Assembly (NCBI GenBank): GCA_963700935.1
Contig: CAVOZK010000023.1
Span: 51,357-115,356 of the forward strand
Direction of reading: 5' to 3'
DNA: 64,000 bases
Source: an uncultured Alphaproteobacteria bacterium
GTDB lineage: Bacteria > Pseudomonadota > Alphaproteobacteria > Rhizobiales > Aestuariivirgaceae
Positions 40,000-51,508 of this stretch are shown here, in pieces (position 1 is the stretch's first letter; each line of letters starts with the position of its first letter). A program made the position numbers and the translations under genes. The notes under the pieces are model-generated. The model saw only the letters and a program-made list of their open reading frames with translations. It searched no databases and was not told the origin of the DNA.

Positions 40000-42461
40000 A
40001 TGGCCAAAGACCTTCCTTCCCGCGCAGATGTCGTCATTGTCGGCGGCGGCGTCATCGGCTGCTCGCTGGCCTATCACCTGACCAAGATCGGCATCACCGA
40101 CGTCGTGCTGCTGGAGCGCAAGCAGCTCACCTCCGGCACCACCTGGCATGCGGCGGGCCTCGTCGGCCAGTTGCGCGCCAACCGCAACATGACCGAGTTG
40201 GCCAAGTACACCTCCGAACTCATGCGCGGGCTGGAAGAGGAAACCGGCCAGGCCACCGGTTTCAAGCAGAACGGCTCCGTCTCCGTTGCGCTTACCGAGG
40301 CGCGGCTGGAAGAGTTCATGCGCGGCGCCTCGATGGCCAAGAGCTTCGGCCTGCAGGTGGACGTGATCACGCCCGGCGACATCAAGGAGCGCCTGCCCCA
40401 CATCAACCTCGACGGCGTGGTCGGCGGCATCTTCCTGCCCGGCGACGGCCAGGTGAACCCGATCGACGTGACCCAGGCCTATGCCGCCGGTGCGCGGTCT
40501 CGCGGCGCGCGCATATTCGAAAACACCAAGGTCACCCGCCTGCTCAAGGAAGGTGATCGTGTCACCGGCGTCGAGACGGAAGCCGGGACCATCATCGCCG
40601 ACAAGACGGTGATCTGCGGCGGCATGTGGTCCCGCGACCTGGGCCAGCAGGTGGGCGTGCAGATCCCGCTGCATGCGGCGGAGCATTTCTACATCGTCAC
40701 CGAGCCGGTCGACGGCCTGCCCTCCAACATGCCGGTCACCCGCATTCCCGATGAATGGGCCTACTACAAGGAAGACGCCGGCAAGCTGATGCTGGGCGCC
40801 TTCGAACCCGTCGCCAAACCGTGGGGCATGAACGGCCAGTTGACCGAGGATCACTCGTTCGAGACCCTGCCCGAGGACTACGACCACTTCGAGCCGGTGC
40901 TGGAGAAGGCCGTCAACCGCGTGCCGCTGCTGGAAACCGCCGGCATCGCGCTGTTCTTCAACGGACCTGAAAGCTTCACGCCGGATGACCGCTATCACCT
41001 GGGCGAAGCGCCGTTCGTGCGCGATCTCTACATGGCCTGCGGCTTCAACTCCATCGGCATCCAGTCGTCCGGCGGCGCGGGCAAGGTGCTGGCCGACTGG
41101 ATCAAGAACGGTTATCCGCCGATGGACGTGGTCAACGTCGATATCCGCCGCGTGCACCCGTTCCAGTCCAACCGCAGATACCTGCATGACCGCACCACCG
41201 AGTCGCTCGGCCTGCTCTATGCGATGCACTGGCCCTATCACCAGGTCGAGACGGCGCGCGGCGCGCGCAAGTCGCCCTTCCATGACCGGCTGGCAGCGCG
41301 CCATGCCTGCTTCGGCGAAGTGAACGGCTGGGAGCGGCCAAACTTCTTCGCGCCCTCAGCCGACAAGGCCAGGTACGAGTATTCCTATCACCGCCAGAAC
41401 TGGTTCCCCTATGCGCAGGCCGAAGCAGAGGCCGTGCGCGACCGGGTGGCGCTGTTCGACCAGTCGAGCTTTGCCAAGTACATGGTGCAGGGCCGCGATG
41501 CGCTTGCCGTGCTCAATCAGGTGTCCGTGGCTGACTGCGATGTGCAACCCGGCAAGATGGTCTACACCCAGTGGTGCAACGAACGCGGCGGCATCGAGGC
41601 CGACCTGACCGTTACCCGTCTGGGCGAGACGGAGTTTCTCGTCGTCACCGGCTCCGCGCCGCAGATCCGCGACCATGACTGGCTCAAGCGCCATATCGGC
41701 GACCGCTTCTGCACGGTGACGGACGTGACATCGGGCATGCCCATGCTGTCGCTGATGGGCCCCAATTCCCGCGCGCTAATGGAGAAGCTCACCGACGAAG
41801 ACATGTCAAACGAGGCTCACCCCTTTGCGACGTCGCGCGAACTGGAAATCGGTTATGCGCGGGTGCGCGCCAGCCGCATCACCTATGTGGGCGAACTGGG
41901 CTGGGAGCTCTACATGCCCACCGAATTTGCACTCCACGTCTATGACACCATCGTTGCCGCCGGTGATGAATTCGGCCTGACGCACGCCGGCATGCACACC
42001 ATGAATAACTGCCGCACCGAGAAGGCCTACCGGCACTTCGGCCACGACATCGCCGACGAGGACACGCCGCTGGAGGCTGGCCTCGGCTTCACCATCGCCT
42101 GGGACAAGAAGGGCGGCTTCATTGGCCGCGACGCCCTGCTGAAGCAGAAAGAGCGTGGCGTGCAACCCAAGCGCATGGTCGCCATTTCGCTGCACGACGA
42201 CAGCGCCACCGCTCCGATGATGTACCACGAGGAACCGGTCTACCGTGACGGGGTCATCGTCGGCGCCACCACCTCCGGCGCCTGGGGCCACCGCATCGGC
42301 AAGTCCATCGGCATGGGCTACATGAAGTGTGAAGACGGGGTCACAAAGGACTGGATTGAACTCCGGGAAAATGGGAAGTCGAGATCGCCTGGAAACGCTA
42401 TGCGGCGAAGGTCCAACTGGCCCCGTTCTACGACCCGAAGAACGAAAAGATCCGATGCTGA
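40000..42461 (+). CDS. GcvT-family FAD-dependent oxidoreductase (dimethylglycine/sarcosine dehydrogenase-like), frameshifted near 42360
   Basis: [26 protein letters not shown] and GELGWEL. The shifted frame gives the expected end [29 protein letters not shown]. Confidence 0.9.
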
Positions 42462-42559
42462 CGGCAGTCCTGCCGGTGCTTTGATCCCGATCAACGCCAG
42501 CTTGCGCGTGGGTGGTTACCCTGCGTTCATCGATCAACCGCAAGAGGCAACCGGCAATC

Positions 42560-42826
42560 ATGAATCACCGCCATCGCAAGGTCCTGCACCAGCTTTTCGC
42601 CCATCCGGTCAACCCCAACATCCACTTCCGTGACATTGAAACCATATTCAGTGAGTTGGGTGCCGAGATGGGGCATTCCGGCAACGGAAAATTGCACGTG
42701 ACGCTGAAAGGTCACACGGCAAACTTCCAGAATCCCGGCAAGTCCTTGCCGAAGGAAGAAGTAATCCAGGTGCGCAAGTTCATCGAGACCTGCGGCATCG
42801 ACCCGGACCGCGACTATCCGATCTGA
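42560..42826 (+). CDS. HicA-like small protein, orphan
   Basis: [27 protein letters not shown]...LGAE...[12 protein letters not shown] matches the long HicA subfamily pattern as I recall it. Confidence 0.6.
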   Translation: MNHRHRKVLHQLFAHPVNPNIHFRDIETIFSELGAEMGHSGNGKLHVTLKGHTANFQNPGKSLPKEEVIQVRKFIETCGIDPDRDYPI

Positions 42827-42857
42827 CGAGGAAAACTCCCTTATTCCTCCAACTTCA

Positions 42858-42889
42858 AACCCCGGTTCATCTCTGAACCGGGGTTCTTT
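42858..42889. terminator. Rho-independent terminator, probably bidirectional
   Basis: AACCCCGGTTCA/TGAACCGGGGTT stem between convergent genes. Confidence 0.8.
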
Positions 42890-42911
42890 ATGCCCGCGGG
42901 ATGCAGGGCCC

Positions 42912-43364
42912 TTAGCTGTAGGGACTGATGCAGCGGTGCCAGCGGCCGTCATAACCCTTGAAGGCATCGCGATCCTCGTTGTAGGAGCGATACCGGTCGT
43001 AACACCACTGCACGTGCAGGTCGTCATCGCCATAGGACGGCGCAACAGTCACCGCGCCCAGCCACCACGGAGAGGAATAGTACCAGCCATTGTAGAAGTG
43101 GTTGTAGTGTCCGTAGCTGTGCCGGTAACGCTGGCCGTAGTGACGGCCTTCGTTCCGGTGGGCCCGCTGACGATAATGCTGGTTCTGCCGCTGCCGGAAT
43201 CCGGCAATGCCGCCGTCACCGCGATCGCGTGTGCTCAGGTACTTGCGTTCGGCATAGCTGCTGCCTGCCTCAGCGGGTGTTGCGCTGCCAATGACGGGAA
43301 GCGCAAAGGCGCAAGCAGCAATCGCCGCCGCCATGGCGGTTGACAGGAATGTCCCCGGTTTCAT
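42912..43364 (-). CDS. BA14K family protein
   Basis: Signal peptide, R/H/Y-rich linker, C-terminal HVQWCYDRYRSY...FKGYDGRWHRC. Confidence 0.88.
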   Translation of the reverse strand: MKPGTFLSTAMAAAIAACAFALPVIGSATPAEAGSSYAERKYLSTRDRGDGGIAGFRQRQNQHYRQRAHRNEGRHYGQRYRHSYGHYNHFYNGWYYSSPWWLGAVTVAPSYGDDDLHVQWCYDRYRSYNEDRDAFKGYDGRWHRCISPYS

Positions 43365-43465
43365 CTTTGAAGGTCCTTTCGGCTGTATCACGCCCTGCTC
43401 TCGACCTCACATGTAGTGTCTGAACTGGAACAATTAAAGGCAGGCCTGCCACCACCCCCAGCTAT

Positions 43466-43930
43466 TCAAGCCGTGCCGCCACCTGACAAGCTCCGGGCGC
43501 GCTCCTCGAAAGCAGTCATGATCTTGCGCACTGCGGCGTCGAACACGCCGGCCATTGCCATCTGCAGCAGCCGCGACGACATCTGGTAATCGAGGTGAAA
43601 ATCGATGTCGCAGCCGCCCCGCGCCGCCGAAAACAGCCAGCGGTTGTCGATGTGCTTCACCGGCCCCTCGCTGGAGGTGGCGCGAATGGTCAGCCGACCG
43701 GGGTCAACCACCACGTCCGAAACGAACGTCTCCTTCAGGCCAAGCTTGGGATAGGCGATGTCGAGGCTGGCCCGGAAGCACCGCCTGCCCTGCTCGTCGG
43801 TGCGCTCGTCCCACACCTTCGCGCCCGTGCACAACGGCACGAACTCGTCGTAGCGCGCCACGTCTGCGACAATGGAGAATAGCAGTTCAGGCTCGAACGC
43901 CACCCGTCTTGTGGTCTGGAAATTCGCCAC
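43466..43930 (-). CDS. Coq10/RatA (PasT) START-domain ubiquinone-binding protein
   Basis: IVADVARYDEFVPLC, GPVKHIDNRW and AFEERA, directly after lipA. Confidence 0.88.
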   Translation of the reverse strand: MANFQTTRRVAFEPELLFSIVADVARYDEFVPLCTGAKVWDERTDEQGRRCFRASLDIAYPKLGLKETFVSDVVVDPGRLTIRATSSEGPVKHIDNRWLFSAARGGCDIDFHLDYQMSSRLLQMAMAGVFDAAVRKIMTAFEERARSLSGGGTA

Positions 43931-43946
43931 CCCGGACTGCCCGCGC

Positions 43947-44921
43947 TCAGGCGCCCCTGCGGGCAAGCCTAGCCTCGCGCGCTGCCCGCAGCCTCGCGAA
44001 GTCATCGCCGGCATGGTGAGAGGAGCGCGTCAGCGGGCTGGCAGACACCATCAGGAAGCCCTTGGCGTAGGCGCTCGTTTCCAGCGCCTTGAACTCGTCC
44101 GGCGTCCAGAAGCGGTCAATCGCCGCGTGCTTGGCGCTCGGTTGCAGGTACTGGCCAATGGTCATGAAATCGATGTTGGCCGAGCGCATGTCGTCCATGA
44201 CCTGCAGGATCTCTTCGCGGCTCTCGCCAAGGCCCACCATGATGCCGGACTTGGTGAACATTGCCGGATCAAGCTCCTTCACCCGCTGCAGCAGCCGGAG
44301 CGAATGGAAATAGCGCGCGCCTGGCCGGATGCGCGGATAAAGATGCGGCACGGTTTCAAGATTGTGGTTGAACACATCGGGCCTGGCCTCGACCACGACC
44401 TCAAGCGCCCCCTCCTTGCGCAGGAAGTCCGGCGTCAGCACTTCGATTGTGGTCTCCGGCGCGGCAGTCCGGATGGCGCGGATGACCTGCGCGAAGTGTT
44501 CCGCCCCACCATCGTCCAGGTCATCCCGGTCAACCGATGTGATCACGGCATGGGTCAGCCCCATCTTTGCCACCGCATCCGCCACGCGGTTCGGCTCATC
44601 GGCATCGAGCGCCTCGGGCATCCCGGTGCGCACATTGCAAAAGGCGCAAGCGCGGGTGCAGGTATCGCCCATGATCATGAAGGTGGCGTGCTTCTTCTCC
44701 CAGCACTCGCCGATGTTCGGGCAACCGGCCTCCTCGCACACCGTCACCAGCTTGTGGTCGCGCACCAGCTTGCGGGTTTCCTGGTACTTCAGGGAAACCG
44801 GCGCCTTGACGCGCAGCCAGTCAGGCTTCTGCCGCTGCACCGGGTTGTCAGGCTTGTGTGCCTTTTCCGGATGCCGCGGTTGAGCCTTCCGGCCGGCGAC
44901 GGTGTCGAGAATGGTGGTCAA
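43947..44921 (-). CDS. lipA: Lipoyl synthase
   Basis: [20 protein letters not shown] and RSSHHA. Confidence 0.97.
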   Translation of the reverse strand: MTTILDTVAGRKAQPRHPEKAHKPDNPVQRQKPDWLRVKAPVSLKYQETRKLVRDHKLVTVCEEAGCPNIGECWEKKHATFMIMGDTCTRACAFCNVRTGMPEALDADEPNRVADAVAKMGLTHAVITSVDRDDLDDGGAEHFAQVIRAIRTAAPETTIEVLTPDFLRKEGALEVVVEARPDVFNHNLETVPHLYPRIRPGARYFHSLRLLQRVKELDPAMFTKSGIMVGLGESREEILQVMDDMRSANIDFMTIGQYLQPSAKHAAIDRFWTPDEFKALETSAYAKGFLMVSASPLTRSSHHAGDDFARLRAAREARLARRGA

Positions 44922-44922
44922 T

Positions 44923-45171
44923 TCAGCGGCCCTTGATTGCCCTGTAGCCGAAGATCAGCACGCATGCGCCGAACACCGCCACTACCAGCTGGCCAATCAG
45001 GCCGCCGAGGCTGATACCGAGGAGACCCAGCAGGAAGTTTCCGACGACGGCGCCAACGATGCCAAGCACGATGTTCATCAGAAGTCCGGTGTCGAACTTC
45101 ATCACTTTTTCCGCGATCCACCCGGCCAAACCGCCGAGAATGATCGTCATGATCCAGCCAAATCCTTCCAT
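44923..45171 (-). CDS. GlsB/YeaQ/YmgE (transglycosylase-associated) membrane protein
   Basis: [13 protein letters not shown]...[12 protein letters not shown]. Confidence 0.88.
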   Translation of the reverse strand: MEGFGWIMTIILGGLAGWIAEKVMKFDTGLLMNIVLGIVGAVVGNFLLGLLGISLGGLIGQLVVAVFGACVLIFGYRAIKGR

Positions 45172-45228
45172 GATGCCCTCCTGTCAGGCGGCTTTGCGCC
45201 TGTTTCCAGTGTTAGAGCGGCGCCCGGT

Positions 45229-45525
45229 TCAGGCCCGCCGCCCGCGCAGCATACGATAAACGGTAATCAGGAGAACAGCCCCGGCAACCGATACGAGCAA
45301 ATTGCCCCAGAACCAGCCCTGAAAGATCGTGCCCAGCTGAAGTCCGACCGCGTTGGCGAGCCAGCCGCCGGCGAACGATCCCAGGATGCCCATGAAAATG
45401 TTGGTCAGCAGGCCATGGTCCGAACCGGTCAGTTTCTCGGCAATCCAGCCGGCAATTGCGCCGATGAAAAGCGTACCGAATATTCCAACGCCGCCGCCAA
45501 GGCTCATGATTTCTGCGATGCTCAT
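45229..45525 (-). CDS. GlsB/YeaQ/YmgE membrane protein, second tandem paralog
   Basis: IGAIAGWIAEK...NIFMGILGSFAGG. Confidence 0.85.
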   Translation of the reverse strand: MSIAEIMSLGGGVGIFGTLFIGAIAGWIAEKLTGSDHGLLTNIFMGILGSFAGGWLANAVGLQLGTIFQGWFWGNLLVSVAGAVLLITVYRMLRGRRA

Positions 45526-45575
45526 CCGAAGTCCCTCCAATGCTTCAATGCTGCCGCAAGGCAACCGCGGCCCGT

Positions 45576-47021
45576 TCACATATGGATAACCCGCCCATAA
45601 GCATCAAGCACTGATTCATGCATCATTTCAGACAGGGTCGGATGCGGGAAAACCGTATGCATCAGGTCTTCTTCCGTGGTTTCCAGCCCCATGGCGATAA
45701 CAAAGCCCTGTATCAGTTCGGTGACTTCCGCGCCGACCATGTGCGCACCCAGCAACTGACCGGTCTTCTTGTCGAAGATGGTCTTGATGAGGCCTTGGTC
45801 CTCGCCTAGCGCAATGGCCTTGCCATTGGCCAGGAACGGGAACCTGCCGATCTTCACCTCCATGCCCTTCTCCTTGGCGGCGCGCTCGGTCAGGCCCACC
45901 GAGGCAACTTGCGGGTGGCAATAGGTGCAGCCCGGGATCTGCTCCTTCTTCATCGGGTGAACGTTGGGCAGCCCGGCGATCTTTTCCACACAGATGACGC
46001 CTTCGTGCTCGGCCTTGTGCGCGAGCATGGGCGGGCCGGCTACGTCGCCAATGGCATGGATGCCAGCGACGTTGGTGCGGCCATAGCCGTCGATCACCAC
46101 GCAGCCGCGATCCGTCTTCACCCCCAGCGCCTCAAGCCCGATGTTCTCGATGTTGCCGACGACGCCGACAGCCGAAATCACCCGGTCGACCTTCAGTTCG
46201 GACTTCTTGCCGTCTTTCGTCTCGATGGTGGCGGTGACGTCGTTCGAGCCCTTCTTCAGACCGGCGACCTTGGCCCCGGTGATGATCTTGATGCCCTGCT
46301 TCTCAAGCTGCTTGCGGGCGATGCCGGCGATCTCGGTGTCCTCCACCGGCATTATCTGGTCCATGATCTCGACCACTGTAACATCGACGCCCATCGCATT
46401 GTAGAAACTGGCGAATTCGATGCCGATAGCGCCCGAGCCAACGACCAGCAGAGACTTTGGCATCTCCGGCGGCACCATGGCCTCGAAATAGGTCCAGACC
46501 AGCTTGCCGTCCGGCTCAAGCCCAGGCAGCACCCGCGGGCGCGCCCCGGTTGCCACGATGATGTTCTTCGCCTTGTAGGTGCCTTCGCCGGCAGCATCCT
46601 TGGGTGCAGGGTGTGCGGGTTCCATCGCCTTCTTGGACGACTTCGACACCACCACCTCGCCGGGCTTCGATATCTTTGCCTCGCCCCAGATCACCTGCAC
46701 CTTGTTCTTCTTGAGCAGGTGGCCCACGCCGCCGTTCAACCGGCCCGACACGCCGCGCGAGCGCTTGACCACGGCAGCGGCATCAAAACTCACGTTCTCC
46801 GCGCTTAGACCATAGTCCTTGGCGTGGTTCATGTAGTGGTAGATCTCGGCTGACCGTAGCAGTGCCTTGGTCGGGATGCAGCCCCAGTTGAGACAGATAC
46901 CGCCCAGGTGCTCGCGCTCGACAATCGCCGTCTTGAGGCCAAGCTGTGCTGCCCGGATGGCAGTCACATAGCCACCGGGGCCGGAGCCGATGATGATCAC
47001 GTCGAAACTTGTGCCTGTCAT
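45576..47021 (-). CDS. lpdA: Dihydrolipoyl dehydrogenase (E3)
   Basis: GSGPGGY, GGICLNWGCIPTK and HPTLSE. Confidence 0.97.
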   Translation of the reverse strand: MTGTSFDVIIIGSGPGGYVTAIRAAQLGLKTAIVEREHLGGICLNWGCIPTKALLRSAEIYHYMNHAKDYGLSAENVSFDAAAVVKRSRGVSGRLNGGVGHLLKKNKVQVIWGEAKISKPGEVVVSKSSKKAMEPAHPAPKDAAGEGTYKAKNIIVATGARPRVLPGLEPDGKLVWTYFEAMVPPEMPKSLLVVGSGAIGIEFASFYNAMGVDVTVVEIMDQIMPVEDTEIAGIARKQLEKQGIKIITGAKVAGLKKGSNDVTATIETKDGKKSELKVDRVISAVGVVGNIENIGLEALGVKTDRGCVVIDGYGRTNVAGIHAIGDVAGPPMLAHKAEHEGVICVEKIAGLPNVHPMKKEQIPGCTYCHPQVASVGLTERAAKEKGMEVKIGRFPFLANGKAIALGEDQGLIKTIFDKKTGQLLGAHMVGAEVTELIQGFVIAMGLETTEEDLMHTVFPHPTLSEMMHESVLDAYGRVIHM

Positions 47022-47040
47022 GTCAACTTGCGCCTTTCAC

Positions 47041-47748
47041 TCAACCGGATTGACCGGACACTGCTGCAAGCGGCGTCCAGAGGTCTTCGGCATCACCGGT
47101 ATAACCGGTCAATACCTTCATCATCTGCGGGTTTACCGAGCCATCGGGTGCGGCCACGTATCTCGCATTCTCGGCGGCTGACTTCTGCAGCAGCAATGTC
47201 ATGTCGACTTTCAGCTCACCTGCCTCGGGCACCACCGCCACACGCAAGCCGTTGAAGATCGACGGCAGCAGCGTGAGCCAGGGGCTGTATCCCGGCGGGC
47301 CAACCCAGACCCATGTCTTGTCACCGCCTGCCGGCAACGCGGCCAGGGGCATGAACAGCGGCGCCGCCACACTCGCTTGTTTTGCATTCGCCGCCAGAAA
47401 TGCCTCGAAAAACGGCCCGTGGGACATGTCAGCGACGGACTTCACATCGAGCCGTTGCTGCAACACCGCTGCCCGGATCGACCAGACCATGCCGCGTTCA
47501 GCAAACGGCAGTGCCGCGACAACGGACTTTTCGCTGTTCAGGGCATGCATCCGGGCCGCATCAAGTTCATCAATTTGCGTCTGTGCCGTCAGACCGGCGA
47601 CCTTGGCCGCGTCATTGACGCTGCGTGCCAGCTCATATTCCTGCACCCGGGCAATTGCTTTCGCCACGCCGGGAAGAAACTGTGCACCAGCCATCCCCGC
47701 TAAGAGCGCGGCCAGAGCCAGACACAGGACTATCAGCAGCTTGCGCAT
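47041..47748 (-). CDS. Hypothetical exported or membrane-anchored protein
   Basis: 235-aa ORF with signal peptide or anchor MRKLLIVLCLALAALLAG, filling the pdhC-lpdA gap. No motif recognised. Confidence 0.6.
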   Translation of the reverse strand: MRKLLIVLCLALAALLAGMAGAQFLPGVAKAIARVQEYELARSVNDAAKVAGLTAQTQIDELDAARMHALNSEKSVVAALPFAERGMVWSIRAAVLQQRLDVKSVADMSHGPFFEAFLAANAKQASVAAPLFMPLAALPAGGDKTWVWVGPPGYSPWLTLLPSIFNGLRVAVVPEAGELKVDMTLLLQKSAAENARYVAAPDGSVNPQMMKVLTGYTGDAEDLWTPLAAVSGQSG

Positions 47749-47768
47749 GGTTCATGTCCGCCCGCTGG

Positions 47769-49087
47769 TCACACCAGCATCGCCATCGGGTTCTCTACAT
47801 AGTGGCGGAAGGCGCTTGCCAGTTCCGCGCCCAGCGCCCCGTCGATCACCCGGTGATCGAAGGCAAAAGTCGCATTCATCACCGTGGCGATGGCCACCGC
47901 GCCGTTCTTCACCACCGGCTTCTCTACCCCTGCCCCGATCGACACGATGGAGGCGTGCGGCGGGTTGATGATCGAGGTAAAGTTATCGACGCCGAACATA
48001 CCGAGGTTGGAAACCGCCGTGGTGCCGCCCTGGTATTCCTCGGGCTTCAGCTTCTTGGTTCGCGCCCGGCCCGCCATGTCCTTCACTTCAGCCGAAATGA
48101 CAGACAGCGGTTTCTCTTCAGCCCGGCGCACAATCGGGCGTGATCAGCCCGTCGGGAATCGCCACGGCCACGCCCACGTCCGAGTGCTTGTGCAGCAACC
48201 GCGCCGTCGAGGTCCAAGACCCGTTGGCCATCGGCACGTCTCGCAATGCCAGTGCCAGCGCCTTGATGATGAAGTCGTTCACCGACAGCTTGTATGCGGG
48301 CTTGCCGTCCTTCTCGGGCGCTGCGGCGTTCAGGTCGGCGCGCACCTTCAACAGCGCGTCGAGCTGGCAGTCCATCGAGATGTTGTAGGACGGCACCGTC
48401 TGGTTGCTCTCACTCAGGCGCGCTGCAATGGTCTTGCGCATGCCATCGTGCGGCAGCTCCTCGTAGGAGCCCTCGGCGAACAGCCGGCGCACCATGTCGT
48501 CGGACGGACCGGTTGCAACGGGCGCAGCCGCAGGCGCACCGGCCGGAGCAGCGGGCTTCGGTGCGGCGGCAGGAACACCGTCCTTCTGCGCCTTCTCGAC
48601 GTCCGCCTTGACGATGCGGCCATGCGGGCCAGAACCGCTCAGCAGCGCAATGTCGATGCCGTTCTGCCTGGCGATACGCCGCGCCAGGGGCGAGGCAAAG
48701 ATTCGGCAATCAGGCTCGCGCGCTGGCGTTGCAGCCTTCGCCGCAGGAGCGGGTGCTTCAGCCTTGGGCTGAGGCGCAGCTTCCGCCTTAGGCGCAGGCG
48801 CTGGCGCAGGCGCGCCGCCCGCCTTGATGTCGCCGGCGCTCTCGCCCTCTTCCAGCAGCACCGCAATGGCCGTGTTTACCGCCACATCGTCGGTGCCTTC
48901 GGCGCACGAGGATCTTGCCGACCGTGCCCTCGTCCACCGCTTCCACTTCCATGGTGGCCTTGTCCGTCTCGATCTCGGCGATGATGTCACCGGAAGACAC
49001 ACTGTCGCCTTCCTTGACCAGCCACTTGGCAAGCTTGCCCTTCTCCATGGTGGGCGACAGGGCGGGCATCAGGATTTCCGTTGGCAT
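47769..49087 (-). CDS. pdhC: Pyruvate dehydrogenase E2 dihydrolipoamide acetyltransferase, two frameshifts (about 48904 and 48137, probable errors)
   Basis: Lipoyl motif [19 protein letters not shown]...GSGPHGRI E3-binding domain and catalytic DHRVIDG, spread over three frames. Confidence 0.92.
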
Positions 49088-49101
49088 GTCGCGGTCCCCC
49101 C

Positions 49102-50471
49102 TTACACGTAGAGGACGGCCTTGGCCGCCTCCACCACTTCATCGACGTTGGGCAGCGCCAGCTTTTCAAGGTTGGCGGCATAGGGCATCGGCACGTCCTT
49201 GCCGTTTACCCGCGCCCACCGGCGCATCGAGATAGTCAAACGCGTGGGTCATGATTTCAGCGGCGATGTGCGAGCCCATCGAGGCAACCGGCCATGCTTC
49301 TTCCACCACCACGCAGCGGTTGGTCTTCTTCACGCTGTCGATGACGGCTGGCAGGTCATACGGGCGAAGCGAGCGCAGGTCGATCACCTCCGCCTCGATG
49401 CCGTCAGCCGCCAGCTTGTCCGCTGCGCCCAGCGCATAGCTCATGCCGATGCCCCACGAGACGATGGTGACGTGAGACCCGGCCCGCGCAACGCGCGCCT
49501 TGCCGATGGGCACCACCCAGTCGTCCACCTTCGGCACTTCAAAGGTCTTGCCGTAGAGGATTTCGTTTTCCAGGAAGATCACCGGGTTCGGGTCGCGGAT
49601 GGCGGCTTTCAGCAGGCCTTTCGCATCGGCCGCCGTATACGGCATCACCACCTTCAGACCCAGGCACATGCGCATACCACGACGCATAGTCCTGGCTGTG
49701 CTGGGCTGCGACGCGCGCCGCCGCACCATTGGCGCCGCGGAACACGATGGGACAGCCCATCTGACCGCCGGACATATACAGCGTCTTGGCGGCAGAGTTG
49801 ATGATGTGGTCGATGGCCTGCATGGCGAAGTTGAACGTCATGAACTCGACGATGGGCTTGAGGCCGGCAAACGCCGCGCCCACCGCGATGCCGGTGAAGC
49901 CGTGCTCGGTGATCGGCGTGTCGATGACGCGCCTCGCGCCGAACTCCTCCAGCAGCCCCTGGCTGACCTTGTAGGCGCCCTGGTATTCGGCCACCTCCTC
50001 GCCCATCAGGAACACATCGCCGTCGCGGCGCATCTCTTCGGCCATGGCCTGGTTGAGCGCCTCGCGCACCGTCATTTCGACCATCTCGGTGCCTTCCGGC
50101 ACTTCCGGGTCGGCCGCGGCCGGAACTGCCGGCGCACTGACAGCAATGGCCGGAGGCGCTGGCGGCACAGCCTCGGCAGCAGGCGCTGCCGTCGGTGCAG
50201 GCGCCGCAGAGGCTGCGGATGCATCCTCGCCCTCGCCCGCCAGCACGGCGATGACGGTGTTCACCTTCACGCCCTCGGTGCCCTCGGCCACCTTGATGGC
50301 GGCAACCGTGCCTTCGTCCACGGCTTCCACTTCCATGGTCGCCTTGTCGGTTTCGATCTCGGCAATGATGTCGCCGGACGACACCTGGTCGCCCTCTTTC
50401 ACCAGCCACCGCGCCAGCTTGCCTTCTTCCATGGTCGGCGACAGGGCGGGCATCAGAATATCAGTTGGCAT
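49102..50471 (-). CDS. pdhB: Pyruvate dehydrogenase E1 beta with N-terminal lipoyl domain, two frameshifts (about 49660 and 49216, probable errors)
   Basis: [43 protein letters not shown] and FDYLDAPV. An extra G in each of two GGG runs. Confidence 0.92.
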
Positions 50472-50485
50472 CGTTCAGCCCTCCC

Positions 50486-51508
50486 TCACGCTTCCACGTA
50501 CACATCGGTCCACAGCTCCGACACATCGGGCAGCGGATCGTTCTGGGCAAAGTCGGCAGCCTCGGTCACCTGCTTGCGGATACGCGCGTCCACCGCCTTG
50601 ATGTCATCATCGCTGATGCCGTGATCAGCAGACAGGCGGCGCTTGACCTGCTCGATCGGGTCATGCTCCTCGCGCATCTTCTGCACTTCGTCGCGGGTGC
50701 GGTACTTCGCCGGGTCCGACATCGAGTGGCCACGATACCGGTAGGTTTTCATTTCGAGGATGTACGGCCCCTTGCCCGTCCGGCAGTGCTCGGTGGCCCG
50801 GTCGGCCGCCTCCTTCACCGCGCGCACGTCCATGCCGTCCACCTGCTCGCCGGGAATGCCGTAGACCGAGCCGCGGTTGAACAGCTCTTCGGCAAGTGCT
50901 GCGGAACGCTTCACGGCAGTACCCATGGCGTAGCCGTTGTTCTCGATCACGAAGATCACCGGCAGCTTCCAGATCGAGGCCATGTTGAAGGTCTCGTAGA
51001 CCTGGCCCTGGTTGGTGGCGCCTTCACCGAAATAGGTCGCCGACACCTTGCCGTTATCACGATACTTGTTGGCAAACGCCAGCCCTGCGCCCAGCGGCAC
51101 CTGCGCGCCGACGATGCCGTGCCCGCCATAGAACTGCTTCTCGCGGGAGAACATGTGCATCGAGCCGCCCTTGCCCTTCGAGTATCCGCCCTGGCGCCCG
51201 GTCAGTTCCGCCATCACGCCCTTCGGGTCCATGCCGGTGGCCAGCATGTGACCGTGATCGCGGTAGGAGGTAATAACCTGGTCGCCCTCCTGCATCGACA
51301 TTTCCATGCCGACGACGACCGCTTCCTGGCCGATATAGAGATGGCAGAACCCGCCGATGTGACCCATGCCGTAAAGCTGGCCTGCCTTCTCCTCGAAGCG
51401 GCGGATCAGGAGCATGTCCTCGTAGGCCTTGAGGTCCTGGTCCTTTGTGAAGGGGGAATTTGATTTGGCGGCATCCTTGCCGGAGGCCTTCTTGGCAGCT
51501 TTCGCCAT
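50486..51508 (-). CDS. pdhA: Pyruvate dehydrogenase E1 alpha
   Basis: GGFCHLYIGQEAV, GKGGSMH, GEGATNQGQ TPP motif and YRYRGHSMSDP. Confidence 0.97.
   Translation of the reverse strand: MAKAAKKASGKDAAKSNSPFTKDQDLKAYEDMLLIRRFEEKAGQLYGMGHIGGFCHLYIGQEAVVVGMEMSMQEGDQVITSYRDHGHMLATGMDPKGVMAELTGRQGGYSKGKGGSMHMFSREKQFYGGHGIVGAQVPLGAGLAFANKYRDNGKVSATYFGEGATNQGQVYETFNMASIWKLPVIFVIENNGYAMGTAVKRSAALAEELFNRGSVYGIPGEQVDGMDVRAVKEAADRATEHCRTGKGPYILEMKTYRYRGHSMSDPAKYRTRDEVQKMREEHDPIEQVKRRLSADHGISDDDIKAVDARIRKQVTEAADFAQNDPLPDVSELWTDVYVEA

Noticed and set aside
43466-43930. RatA as a toxin-antitoxin module
   Set aside because: There is no RatB partner, and the lipA-linked copy is the housekeeping Coq10-type protein.
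47769-50471. Programmed frameshifting or pseudogenisation of pdhB and pdhC
   Set aside because: There are no slippery heptamers, the coding sequence is otherwise intact, and the same indel pattern occurs in unrelated neighbours. Sequencing error is more parsimonious.
48900-50471. Near-identical repeats of about 190 bp at the 5' ends of pdhB and pdhC
   Set aside because: Explained by lipoyl domains on both E1-beta and E2, which is known in Alphaproteobacteria. Not a mobile repeat.
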